Assembly (NCBI GenBank): GCA_965200155.1
Contig: CBDATR010000034.1
Span: forward strand, 1 to 64,000
DNA: 64,000 nucleotides
Source of the DNA: Nitrosopumilaceae archaeon
Lineage (GTDB): Archaea; Thermoproteota; Nitrososphaeria; Nitrososphaerales; Nitrosopumilaceae
Reading direction: 5' to 3'
The position numbers and the translations under genes are program-made. Position 1 is the stretch's first letter, and each line of letters starts with the position of its first letter. Shown here in pieces: positions 20,891 through 31,274 of the stretch. Below the pieces are notes generated by a model that saw only the letters and a list, made by a program, of their open reading frames with translations, did no database searches and was not told the DNA's origin.

Positions 20891-21799
20891 TCATTTAGTT
20901 TTTTGAACTTTCATGAGGCTGTTTATTCGTGCCTGTGCCACTTCACAATACTCTTTTGATGTGTCTATGTGAATAAATTTCCGGCCGGTCTTGTGCGCCA
21001 CAAGTGCCGTAGTACCAGTACCTCCGAACATATCGAGCACCACATTATCCTTGTACGTATAGTACTTGATTAATCGGTATATCAGTTCCTCCGGGAATGG
21101 TGCCGGGTGCCCCTTTCTTTTGCCCTCAGGGTGTATATGCCAGAATCCATCGGAATATTGCTTAAACTCGCTATCAGTGATATCGGCCTTGTCAAGGTTT
21201 CCATCAAGTTTCATTGTACCCTTTGAGTATACAAGAACATACTCCCAGGACGGCATGATATGCGGGTTGGACGGGCTCTTCCAGGAACCCCAGGCAGTTC
21301 TTTTCCGTATATTCTGCTTGTACCAGAGAATTTCCGTTCTTGGAATAAATCCGATATCCCGTAGTCTCTCCGATATGTCATGATGGGTCAGGGTGAAATC
21401 AGATATTCCTGTGGGCGCGATATTAAGCGCAAAGCGACCACCATTCACCAATACTCTGTATAATTCCCGGAATACAGTTTCCAGCCAGCCCAGATACCCA
21501 TCATATGTCATGCTGTCATTATGTTTTGTGTATGGTAATCCTACATTATATGGCGGAGATGTGATTGTCATGTGTATGCTATTGCCGGGCATGTCACGCA
21601 TTGTTTGCAGTGCATCGGCATTGAGTATACAGTTGGTTTTTAGTTCGGTAGCCGTATCTGTTTTGGTATAATTAGTGGCAAGCTCCCGTAGCCTGTTTCT
21701 CTGGTACGCTATCTTTGATCTTGCAGAATGCTGCTCTGCTTGCTGCCTATCCGCACATGATACGTCCTCCTGAGTATCCATAGTTGTATCAGTCCCCAA
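20891..21799 (-). CDS. Site-specific DNA methyltransferase, N4-C/N6-A beta class
   Basis: TSPPY precedes HPAPFP and VLDMFGGTGTT. Confidence 0.93.
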   Translation of the reverse strand: MGTDTTMDTQEDVSCADRQQAEQHSARSKIAYQRNRLRELATNYTKTDTATELKTNCILNADALQTMRDMPGNSIHMTITSPPYNVGLPYTKHNDSMTYDGYLGWLETVFRELYRVLVNGGRFALNIAPTGISDFTLTHHDISERLRDIGFIPRTEILWYKQNIRKRTAWGSWKSPSNPHIMPSWEYVLVYSKGTMKLDGNLDKADITDSEFKQYSDGFWHIHPEGKRKGHPAPFPEELIYRLIKYYTYKDNVVLDMFGGTGTTALVAHKTGRKFIHIDTSKEYCEVAQARINSLMKVQKTK

Positions 21800-21879
21800 T
21801 GCGGCATATTTGGCGCTCGATGATTTTCATTACTCGCACGGATTAGATTCACTGCTGTATATATCATCTCAAGAGGTTA

Positions 21880-22385
21880 CACTGATCAAGTTTATCAAAA
21901 TTAGGTCGCACTAAGATTAAGTCACTAGTGTGGAGGTGCCTAACAAAGTTCAAAAACGACTAACAGAGACTCTACAAATCAAAGAAAAACATGGCCAAGC
22001 ACCTGGATGAAAAATTCCTCCGATACGTCATAACATCATGCAGTAAGGGAAAGAGTACCTCATTCATATCCGGAGAAGTGGGCGTCTCTCAAAGGCACAT
22101 TCAGCGAATATACGCCGAATTCCGCAGGACCGGCAGGTGTCCCGTTCCCGGCCAAGCTGGCAGCCCACTATAAAACTCACGCTGGCAGAGATACGGTAGG
22201 TTCTGGAGACTCACTAAAAGGAACCAGTCTGGGTATTGCGCACAGCTGCCAATCTACGAGGAAAGAGCAGCTACAGGCGCATATATGGCATAATAAAGGA
22301 CAACCTGGTGACTGCATCCCCCTCAAAATCCAAAGAACGTAAGCAGGTGGGTTATGGAACCAACGCCTTATGGTATGTTGACTGG
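21880..22385 (+). pseudogene. 5' fragment of an IS481-family (type B-like) element
   Basis: AAAATTAGGTCGCACTA matches the end near 46110. HTH VSQRHIQRIYAEFRRTG and NALWYVDW. Cut by a MITE. Confidence 0.7.
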
Positions 22386-22526
22386 GTAACCGTTTAGGTC
22401 GAGTTAATGATTATACATCTAGACGGCGAATTCATGGAAATTGTGGAATAGCATGATAGAAAAAACAAGAACGGACATGTTCGCGTATATTTCAGACTGT
22501 TGCTCAGGCGTGACATAAACGATTAC
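22386..22526. mobile_element. GTAACC-family MITE
   Basis: GTAACCGTTTAGGTCG...GTGACATAAACGATTAC; homologous to 57050-57170 and 62412-62645. Confidence 0.8.
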
Positions 22527-22654
22527 AAGTTAGATTAAAGTTAGGTAAATAACAAACACAAAAAGACCACGCATGCAGTTATGACAAGAATACTAACGAC
22601 TGGCGAATCTGCCTATCAAATAACACATATTGGCACCCATATAATGATGCAATC

Positions 22655-23470
22655 GTGGAAGCCGTACTGCAAGTCAAGGACGTGACAAAGACCTTTGTAC
22701 GCAAGCGCCTTTTTGGCGCCGCATCATATACCAAGGCCATAGACGGTGTCACTTTTGATCTGAACAGGGGTGAGGTACTGGTACTAGCTGGCGAGTCCGG
22801 ATCAGGAAAATCCACTATAGCCAGAATGATACTGGGAACCATAAGTGCAGACTCCGGTACTATCCTGTTCGATGGGAAACCCATCCAGAAATCGTACACC
22901 GTGATTCGCAAGGCCTGCCAGATGGTACACCAGGACCCCTATGACTCTATTAATCCCCGCATGAAAGTGCGCGACATAGTAGCAGAAGCCCTGAACATAC
23001 ACCATATTGGCAACAGCCAGTCCAGGCTGGACAGGGTAAGACAGGTTATTGATGAAGTAAGGATGGATCCGAACCAGGTCATGTCCAAGTACCCCCACAT
23101 GTTATCCGGCGGTCAGAGGCAGAGAGTGGTACTGGCGCGCGCACTAGCGGTAAAGCCCAGAATAATAATTGCCGATGAACCCGTATCCATGCTGGACGTA
23201 TCCATACGCGCAGAGATGCTGGAACTGATGCGGGATTTGCAGAGAAAGTATGACATGTCGTTTCTTTACATAACGCACGACTTGGCTACAGCCCGCTACT
23301 TTGGTCAAAGAATAATCATATTGAACAGGGGCCGCATAATGGAGGAGGGGTTAATAGATAATGTGCTGGACAATCCCTCACACCCATATACGAAAGCCCT
23401 CATTGGTGCAGTATCGGATCCGGACCCCGCCAACCGGCTGCGCATACGTGACATACTGGAGTGGGAATAG
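22655..23470 (+). CDS. Oligopeptide/dipeptide ABC transporter ATP-binding subunit (OppF/DppF-like)
   Basis: GESGSGKST, LSGGQRQR, IIADEP, HPYTKAL. Confidence 0.93.
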   Translation: MEAVLQVKDVTKTFVRKRLFGAASYTKAIDGVTFDLNRGEVLVLAGESGSGKSTIARMILGTISADSGTILFDGKPIQKSYTVIRKACQMVHQDPYDSINPRMKVRDIVAEALNIHHIGNSQSRLDRVRQVIDEVRMDPNQVMSKYPHMLSGGQRQRVVLARALAVKPRIIIADEPVSMLDVSIRAEMLELMRDLQRKYDMSFLYITHDLATARYFGQRIIILNRGRIMEEGLIDNVLDNPSHPYTKALIGAVSDPDPANRLRIRDILEWE

Positions 23471-23675
23471 AACCATTCTGGGAAGGAATGGTGCATAATG
23501 CAATCAAGTGTAACAGCAACGCGGCCCAGTATGCCATAACCTGTAGACTCTGGCGCTGTGAATCACACCAGAGATTATACACAAGACGCGCGGGATGAAT
23601 AGTCCTGGTTTTTGCAACCACTGACAGGGAACAAGGGATGAATTATACTTTGTAAAAAAAACTGGACATTGACTA

Positions 23676-24376
23676 TTACGAATAGTAACCGGAACAGAAC
23701 AGATAGCCGTCATACATTACCAGCCAAGAAATCTTTGTAGATACCTCATGTGTTACCGGATCTACGAATGAGTACTCAGCCCAAATGCCCTCGTCCTCGT
23801 CGAGGCTACGGAACTCCTCAAGAGTCACTGCGGATTCATATAATAGAACGGCGGCAACTTCTGGATCACCTACAAAGGATGGATCCGAGCCCTTGGCTAC
23901 CGAAGCCAACGTATCCAGATCAATCACAAACGGATGGTGGAGATCATAGGACATGAACGAGTTTATGATATCAAAGGCGCCATCGGAATTCAGCTGGTAC
24001 AGTCGAATCATCTCATCAATCACACTCTGTACCCTTACATCATCGGTAACAGTATAGTGGGAGCCAAAGATGTAGTTATCATACTGCTTAAACCAGCCGC
24101 GCTCATGGACAATTATGTTACCGGACTGATCCGGAAACGGATATCTAAGCCAGGCACCATCATATTCTGCAACTATTTGCTTAAACACATCCAACGATAA
24201 GAACCCATTACCAAGTACAGGTGCAATATCAAGCCCCACATATTCTGGCAATGTTGTGTGAGCTACAACCCTATTGGTGTCCGCATCTATAACATACCCT
24301 GCTATACCTGGCTCTAATACCATTGCATTAATGATATCCAGTGCACCATTACCATTTCCCACATACAAGACAATAG
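23676..24376 (-). pseudogene. 3' part of a tandem Cache-domain (sCache_2-like) protein, truncated by a MITE
   Basis: Two repeats of F/YVID...G.W..Y.F.D....W...YD.Y.F.S.Y; the frame runs into the MITE at 24377. Confidence 0.75.
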
Positions 24377-24477
24377 GTATGAGTTCACCTGTGTCTAAAT
24401 TTACGCATAACTGATGGAACAGGTTGTTCTAGTTAATGTGATTTGTGCATAAGATTCCGGAAGACGTGAACTCATAC
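24377..24477 (+). mobile_element. IS66-related MITE variant B
   Basis: TIRs; no TSD. Confidence 0.9.
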
Positions 24478-25086
24478 TATCCCCCACCTACTCGCCGGTA
24501 ACCGTAAATGCATATGCTCACCCAGTCCGCGAGCACTGATGAATCCGCGCCTCTTTTTCCATTTGGTCCTAATCCACTCTCCACGACTGCACTTTTAAAG
24601 GCCGGTCGAGTCAACAATCATGGTTCTAGTCAGCTTTTTGTCCGTGCCGACAATCAGTATGAGTTCACGTCTTCCGGAATCTTATACACAAATCACATTA
24701 ACTAGAACAACCTGTTCCATCAGTTATGCGTAAATTTAGACACAGGTGAACTCATACTCTAGTAGTCCTGCAAGGAATCCGGATACCTGCCTGTATCTCA
24801 TACCTAATGCCGTTCTCAGTGTCATGTAACATGCCCATGGCATACTGGTAGGGAGCACCCTCCTTGTTATGGTTGGCCTTTTCAATCCCATGCATGGTTA
24901 AAGCCAAATAGCCTTCCGCTGGACGTACTTGGCATTGTCGGTGAATGCCATCAAGTTTGTTTAAAAAATCTCAGATATTAATGCTTGGATCCAAGTTAGT
25001 AATCACTGACAGAATGAACGAAAATACTCAAACCGTTTTTACATACATTTTTGATCTAACTTGTTTGGAGTTATGCAACAAACTCC
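24478..25086 (-). mobile_element. Fragment of the IS903-like element, interrupted by MITE variant B at 24657-24757
   Basis: Matches 44626-45196; end GTTATGCAACAAACTCC. Confidence 0.85.
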
Positions 25087-25129
25087 ATAACTCCGAAAGA
25101 TTAAATTTGAAATAATAATCTAGTAATCC

Positions 25130-25522
25130 TTGGTGCTTGACACAAACAGTGTTCTGGCCGCACTGGCTGGGCAGGATGTACAGTACACTCTCCAGTCTGA
25201 TGCCGGGACTTGTGACATAAATGATGTGACCATACAGGAGACAGAAACTCCCGTACGGGGGTCCATGGCCAGGGGAAATGTCTACGTAGAGGAGTCCCGG
25301 TCGTACCGCATATCAGGCAACGTACATGCGGGTATTGCCTTGTCTCTCTCTGATACCATGTTAGGCCCCAACCCTACCTTTGGCGGACTGACTATATTGG
25401 CCCGTCACAAATCAGGTACAACTAGAATATCCGGCAGCCTGCTGTCCATGGCTCGCACTGGCGATACTGCCCGCCTGTCCATAGCTGTTATATCTGTAAT
25501 GTATGAAAAGTCGGTCCGCTAG
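25130..25522 (+). CDS. Hypothetical protein; last codons and stop supplied by an IS481 end
   Basis: 130-aa ORF with host-like codon usage, reading into the TIR at 25495. Confidence 0.65.
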   Translation: MVLDTNSVLAALAGQDVQYTLQSDAGTCDINDVTIQETETPVRGSMARGNVYVEESRSYRISGNVHAGIALSLSDTMLGPNPTFGGLTILARHKSGTTRISGSLLSMARTGDTARLSIAVISVMYEKSVR

Positions 25523-26461
25523 TCATTGGCATCCCGCTCCGTCCATTTTGCATCATTTGCCCTAATTGTCTGGGTCGCTTTTTTATTCCTGAAGCGGCGT
25601 TTCGCCGTTATCTATCCAGTGAGAAGTGCAACCTTCTCTCATTGTAGTAGTCTAAATAATCCCGGAGACTGTCATAATGCCATATCTCATTGGACTCTTA
25701 AATAAGAGTCCCCTCGTCCTCAATCGTTCTATGGAAGCGCTCCAGTTTGCTATTTGTCTGCGGGTGGTATGGTCTGGAATTGATTAGTATGATGTCTTGA
25801 TCCAGCAGTTCTTCCTTGAATAGTGTTGGTTTCCAGCTTTTCTTGCCCTTTTATTGTCCTACGAAACACGCGCCGTTATCCGAGATGCAGGGGCGCCGAA
25901 TCGTTCTATCGCCAATCTCAGTAATAGAGTGGCGTTCTCTGAGGTTGCATGCTAGAATAGTGCCGCTCCGACTATACACCTGGATGCATCATCTATGAGA
26001 TTCAGTCCCCTGAAGCGCTCATCTTTTCATGACATGCCAGTGCCACATTGCATTGGAATATTTACGCTCATAGCGTACCCACTCTGACTTTGCAGGTGAT
26101 GAGACTGTCGTGCCGTTCTTTTTCATTATGCGATATACTACGCGATATATTGTAATTCTGTCTAAGCCTCTTTGCAATACGTACTACTCCGGCGGGATCC
26201 TTGTGATATGCTTCAGTTACCATTCGTATCTGGGTAGCGGTGATTGGTATCATAGGCCTGCCCATCTTTACTCGAGTCGTTCCCGTTCTCTGGTTCACAA
26301 TCTTCGTACGTGTCTTGTTTCGGGTCTTGAGCTATTTTGGTTGTGGCAACGCCTCTTTTGTCTTGATTCCTCTGTTGTTCTCTTTACCATCTGGCTTGTG
26401 CAATGAAATAGTCAGCTACTGTACGCCGGATCCTAAGCGGACTTACTTTTCGTACTATTGA
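25495..26461 (-). mobile_element. IS481-family type A, degenerate copy 2
   Basis: Reverse-complement match to 19366-20404. Confidence 0.85.
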
Positions 26462-26539
26462 TGCGATGCTACAGGACTAGAACAGGGTTGCCTCATGGTT
26501 ATTGGTACATACAACTTTTTCATGTTGTTCATATAGAAA

Positions 26540-26739
26540 TATGGTGGATATCCTAAGTCTTGGGTAATAAATTCGGCATTTGTTTCACACAATCCCTGGT
26601 ATGAGTTCACGTCTTCCGGAATCTTATGCACAAAAGAACCGGTTCTTTAACTGTCGCGATCAGTTATGCGTAAATTTAGACACAGGTGAACTCACACAAT
26701 CCCTGTCTTACATGTCGCGGACTTATGGAACGCGCTATA
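26540..26739. mobile_element. CCATAAGTC-family MITE interrupted by IS66-MITE variant C (26599-26697)
   Basis: The inner MITE has TSD AATCCCTG; the outer halves align with 34887-34980. Confidence 0.8.
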
Positions 26740-26794
26740 GTACAAACAAGCTATTGCATAGCTTTTTAATCATAACAACACACATACGATTCAA

Positions 26795-27799
26795 TTGGCA
26801 TCCCTTGATGATACCGAAAAGGACATTCTTAACGAGATACAGTGGAGCTTTCCACTGGTACCCCGTCCCTACCACGAACTGGCCGCCCGCATGAACACGG
26901 ATGTACAAACCATAATGGAAAAAATACAACGGCTCAAGGATTTGGGTATAATTCGGCAGCTCAGTGCCATATTTGATACTCGTCGACTGGGCTACAAGAG
27001 CTCACTAGTAGCAATGCGCGTTACACCAAACCGTCTGCTGGATGTGGCCAACGAGATAAGCCGCCACCCCGGCGTTAGCCACAACTATGAACGAAACCAC
27101 GATTTCAACTTGTGGTTCACCATTGCGGTACCGCCTGGCTCCAGCATACAAGATGAGGTAACACGATTCTCCAAGCTCTCCGGCGTACAAGCTACAAGAA
27201 TGCTTCCCACTTTACGCATGTTCAAGATAGGGGTAAAACTGGACATGAACGAGAAAAAGAAGCGGGACATTACTCCCAGCGAGAAGAAAAAGAGCATCCG
27301 GGATGTTCCCTTTGCGGGAACCAAGCGCGACAGGCAATTCGTACGGGAACTACAAAAGGACCTGCAAGTTTCAGAGAGACCATTTTTGGATATGGCTACA
27401 CGTCTGGGCATTACCGAGGAGGAATTATTCAGCCAGGCAAGGACCTACGAGGAAACAGGCATCATGCGAAGATATGCAGCCATACTGCGGCACCGGGATG
27501 CCGGATTCATAGCCAATGGCATGATAGTCTGGAAGGTACCGGACGACCAAATACCCTCAATAGGCGAGAAACTGGGATCATTCCCGCAGGTCAGCCACTG
27601 CTACCAGAGACCCGCATATCCGGACTGGCCTTACACTGTCTTCTCAATGATACACTGCCGCACTAGAGAGGAGGCCGGTGATGTGGCAAAAACCATACAA
27701 TCACATATCAATATACCGGAATACCGCATACTATTCAGCGAGCGTGAGTTCAAAAAGAGCCGCGTGGAATACTTTATGGAATCGGCTATTCCGGCCTAG
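26795..27799 (+). CDS. Fused siroheme decarboxylase AhbA/AhbB (NirDL/GH-like, Lrp/AsnC fold)
   Basis: Two halves with HPGVSHNYER and VSHCYQRP; FKIGV. Lies next to a coproheme decarboxylase-family gene. Confidence 0.88.
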   Translation: MASLDDTEKDILNEIQWSFPLVPRPYHELAARMNTDVQTIMEKIQRLKDLGIIRQLSAIFDTRRLGYKSSLVAMRVTPNRLLDVANEISRHPGVSHNYERNHDFNLWFTIAVPPGSSIQDEVTRFSKLSGVQATRMLPTLRMFKIGVKLDMNEKKKRDITPSEKKKSIRDVPFAGTKRDRQFVRELQKDLQVSERPFLDMATRLGITEEELFSQARTYEETGIMRRYAAILRHRDAGFIANGMIVWKVPDDQIPSIGEKLGSFPQVSHCYQRPAYPDWPYTVFSMIHCRTREEAGDVAKTIQSHINIPEYRILFSEREFKKSRVEYFMESAIPA

Positions 27800-28788
27800 C
27801 ACACAGAGGCCTTTAGTTTGTACTCAGGCCACGATGAGTATATCCTGTCTATCTCATCCATGTCCGCGCGCGATAAATAATTCCCATCAGACATGGCGGC
27901 AAACTCCTCTATCTCCTGAATACTGGTAACTGTTGGCAGTACTGATCCCACCCCCTCCTTGGAGAGAATGAACTTTATGGCCATCTCGGTGATGCTCAGG
28001 TCGTTCCTAACCGCTATGTGCCTTAACTGCTCCACCTTATCTAGTGCTTCCCGGCGCCACTCCATCTTGCGGTCCCGGCGGTGATCATTCTTTGGTATCT
28101 TTGTATCCGCTGTAATCTTGCCCGTCAATATACCAGATGCATCAGGAACCCGTACCAGTACGCTACAGTCGTTATCATGCGCCCCGTCCATGAGATGGTT
28201 TCCCGGTATCTGCTCTAATATGTTATAGACTGTCTGTATGGCGCATACATTATCCCGGGCCATTCCCTCCATTCCCTCCTGAAGCCATCCTATTGCCGGT
28301 CCCAAGGCGACCTGCAGGGCGCCCACCATTCCCTTCTCCACCAAACCATCCAGGAATGCGAATGACTCATCATCACGAATGTGGTCTATCTTTGGGTTAT
28401 GCAGTCCGTACATGTCAATGTAGTCAGTCCCAATCCTCTCCAGCGAGGCATCCAGCGCTCTCTGCGTGAATTCCGGATCAAAGTGTTGCGGCAGCTCCGC
28501 ATGCCCTATCTGCTCTACACTACTAAAGTCGTACCCGTACTTTGTAGATATCACGACATCATTGCGAATCTCGCCCAAGGCCTCGCCTATTATTCTCTCG
28601 CTCTTTCCCTTGCCGTACATGTCCGCGGTCTCGATAAAGTTTATGCCGCAGTCATGGGCTTTTCTGATCATGCTCCTTGCCTCCTCCTCGCCAATCTTTT
28701 TGCCCCACCAGTCCAGCGCTATGGTCCACGCGCCAAAACCTATCTCTGATACCTTGGGGCCATTCCGGCCAAGCCTGCGATACTTCAT
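27796..28788 (-). CDS. Aldo/keto reductase
   Basis: VSEIGFG, ETADMYGKGKSE, ISTKYG, SLERIGTDYID. Confidence 0.92.
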   Translation of the reverse strand: MKYRRLGRNGPKVSEIGFGAWTIALDWWGKKIGEEEARSMIRKAHDCGINFIETADMYGKGKSERIIGEALGEIRNDVVISTKYGYDFSSVEQIGHAELPQHFDPEFTQRALDASLERIGTDYIDMYGLHNPKIDHIRDDESFAFLDGLVEKGMVGALQVALGPAIGWLQEGMEGMARDNVCAIQTVYNILEQIPGNHLMDGAHDNDCSVLVRVPDASGILTGKITADTKIPKNDHRRDRKMEWRREALDKVEQLRHIAVRNDLSITEMAIKFILSKEGVGSVLPTVTSIQEIEEFAAMSDGNYLSRADMDEIDRIYSSWPEYKLKASVC

Positions 28789-29309
28789 GACACTATTCCC
28801 CTGAACTTCTCCAACCCTTTCTGTACTATCTCATTATCTAGGACTGGCGTCCCGCCAGCTATCTCCATATCAGTATCCAGCCAGGACTTGCAGCCTGCAT
28901 ACTCCTTTGTTGATACCGACTCCATCTCAAATACCTGTACGTAAATGGCCTTTAGGGGCCTCTGGGGCTGCCATTGTCTGCGAGACTCCACATATGACTT
29001 GCTCCATATGTGGAACGGCTCCAGATCATTCACCACATCCTCTGATATCACATCTGCCTGCTCTAGTACTGTTGCATATGATTTTACGCTATTTGTGCCC
29101 GGCGAGGGGTGGGGCCTCTCCAAATGATACCTGAACGGCTCCCGTATGCTCTCTGCGTCCTGGTGCTCCCATGTGGGATACAGGATGAACTTTTCTGCCT
29201 GTAGAACGAATCCTGAGGCCGCCTCCATTATGCCACCCTTTCTAAGCAGAACGGACTGCTCTCCGGCCTCTAGAGCCCCAACTACCGTAGACCACTCCTT
29301 GAGCATCAT
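28785..29309 (-). CDS. DUF1802-family protein
   Basis: LKEW..V.AL..GEQ..LLRKGGI.E; YAGCKSW. Confidence 0.85.
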   Translation of the reverse strand: MMLKEWSTVVGALEAGEQSVLLRKGGIMEAASGFVLQAEKFILYPTWEHQDAESIREPFRYHLERPHPSPGTNSVKSYATVLEQADVISEDVVNDLEPFHIWSKSYVESRRQWQPQRPLKAIYVQVFEMESVSTKEYAGCKSWLDTDMEIAGGTPVLDNEIVQKGLEKFRGIVS

Positions 29310-29311
29310 TG

Positions 29312-29977
29312 CTATCCCATACTGGCTATAATGGGAATAATATCCTTTTTTACGCACACAATCATGGGGGTGTCTAACTTTACGTATCGGGAGACCTTGG
29401 TAGCACGGAGCTCCATTATCAAGTCCTGAAAGTCCCCCAAGTCATCCGTATCAAAGGCCAGCATGAAATCATTGTCGTCCAGGCCAAAAGAGTATGTGGT
29501 ATTCAGTGTTATGCCAGGATGCTTCCTGCTAACGGCTATGTGTTCGTTCATCATTTCCTGCCTCTCCTCCCGCGATAACAGATACCACTCCCTGGTCTTT
29601 GTGAAAGGGTACACTACAGAATACTTTTTCTCCTCGTCCTTGAAGAACGCGGTCTCCTTGTTCTCGGTAGCGTATACGGAGGATCTGGTACACGATATAT
29701 AGTTCAGGACGGGCGTGATATACTTACCAAATATGGTGGTATACAATTTTGACATGACTCTCTGTATATCCTCAATGTTGGTGGACCCGGTCCATATCAT
29801 GAAATCACACTCGGCTCTTGTTCCCAGCGTAGAGTATGTGCGATACCTGATGCCGGTACTATTCAGTACCTGTTTTACCTCCATAGCCGACTCGCGCTTG
29901 CCCATATCTGCCAGCCATCTCCATTTGGGATCAACCCGAAAGAAGGTAAACCCAAAGTATTGTCTGGACTCTTCCAT
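29312..29977 (-). CDS. Chlorite dismutase/coproheme decarboxylase (ChdC/HemQ) family protein
   Basis: VYPFTKTREWYLL..EERQ.MM.EH, YSFGLDD.DF. Confidence 0.9.
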   Translation of the reverse strand: MEESRQYFGFTFFRVDPKWRWLADMGKRESAMEVKQVLNSTGIRYRTYSTLGTRAECDFMIWTGSTNIEDIQRVMSKLYTTIFGKYITPVLNYISCTRSSVYATENKETAFFKDEEKKYSVVYPFTKTREWYLLSREERQEMMNEHIAVSRKHPGITLNTTYSFGLDDNDFMLAFDTDDLGDFQDLIMELRATKVSRYVKLDTPMIVCVKKDIIPIIASMG

Positions 29978-30193
29978 GACTGTAATTTCATGAAATGGCA
30001 TATTTAACAGAAACCCGGTGTCCGCTGGCATGATCACTAACAGAGATCAATCTTGTTGCAGGTGGCAGATTACTAATACTCAACTGCGTGGTGTGTCAGG
30101 ACCGCGTGCTCCACAATATGCCCAGCATAGGTAAACATGTCCCTACAAAGTAGATAGATTAACTTAAATATCCTGCATCAACCACAATAAGAC

Positions 30194-30298
30194 ATGGCTA
30201 GTGTAACCGATGGTTGGCCCGTGTGGATTCCTCTTATAGTGGGTTTGGCGCCAGGCTTTGTGTACTGGTTGGCGATCACCGCTCGCAGATCAAAGTAA
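30194..30298 (+). CDS. 34-aa single-helix membrane peptide (below the ORF-track cutoff)
   Basis: MASVTDGWPVWIPLIVGLAPGFVYWLAITARRSK*; TATA-like CTTAAATA lies ~25 nt upstream. Confidence 0.65.
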   Translation: MASVTDGWPVWIPLIVGLAPGFVYWLAITARRSK

Positions 30299-30408
30299 TC
30301 AGGTGTAGCTTTTTCTTATTTTGCGTGTGACTGTGGGGGTCCCATTCGCCCCAAAATCGTGCCAGCGAACTTATCGAATTATAAAGAAGTACTATCATTG
30401 ATACCATT

Positions 30409-30696
30409 ATGCCACTAAAACGAGCAAGCCGGGGCCGGACCAAGGGCGGCAAGGGATCAACCGGTGTAGTCCAGTGCACAAACTGCGGCCAGACAGTCCC
30501 AAAAGACAAGGCCAAGAAGGTTACCTCCAGACTAAACCTAGTGGAGCACACGCTAGCCAAGGAGCTGCGCTCGCAGGGTGCCTATATTGCAACGCCTACC
30601 GTTCTAAAATGGTACTGCATATCCTGCGCCATCCACTTCAAGATACTCAAGATACGCTCCGCGGATAACCGCCGCAAGCGCGGCCGCCTGCGTTAA
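30409..30696 (+). CDS. rps26e: 30S ribosomal protein S26e
   Basis: MPLKRASRGR, CTNCG..VPKDKA, YCISCAIH. Confidence 0.96.
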   Translation: MPLKRASRGRTKGGKGSTGVVQCTNCGQTVPKDKAKKVTSRLNLVEHTLAKELRSQGAYIATPTVLKWYCISCAIHFKILKIRSADNRRKRGRLR

Positions 30697-31274
30697 GTCT
30701 GTCCTATGGCCCTGTAGATGAACCGGATTCGCTGTGCCAGCGTTATGCCAGCTATAACGGCTACTATAATTCCGGCCATTCCCATAATGCCCGGTATCAT
30801 GCCCAGTATGGCAATTACGAGTAGCCGCTCTGCACGCTCGCCAATTCCAAGTCCCTGAACCTGTATATTCAGGGCATCCGCCTTTGCGCGCGCATAGCTC
30901 ACCAGCAATGACATGCCCAGCGCCAGCGCGGCTATCTCGGGGGGCATCAATCCTGCTGATCCCAGCCCCACAAATATGGCAACCTCGGCTATCTTGTCTG
31001 ATATTGAATCAAGAAAGGCGCCACGTTTTGATGAGCTCCCGGTAATCCTGGCAACCTGCCCGTCCACTACATCAAAGAATCCTGATGCCAGTAACAGTAT
31101 GCCGCCCCACACAAAGGAGTACTCCATTCCGCTACCATACATTACTGCGGCGCCCAGCGCCAATGCCAATCCAAGACCCGTCCAAAAGTTTGCCGACAGC
31201 CCAGTTCTAGCAAATACTTTCCCCACTCCCTGTAGTACGGGCGCCAGGCTGCCCCGCGTCTTATTGAGTACCAT
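30693..31274 (-). CDS. CDP-alcohol phosphatidyltransferase (archaetidylinositol-phosphate synthase-like)
   Basis: DVVDGQVAR...GAFLDSISD. Confidence 0.92.
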   Translation of the reverse strand: MVLNKTRGSLAPVLQGVGKVFARTGLSANFWTGLGLALALGAAVMYGSGMEYSFVWGGILLLASGFFDVVDGQVARITGSSSKRGAFLDSISDKIAEVAIFVGLGSAGLMPPEIAALALGMSLLVSYARAKADALNIQVQGLGIGERAERLLVIAILGMIPGIMGMAGIIVAVIAGITLAQRIRFIYRAIGQT

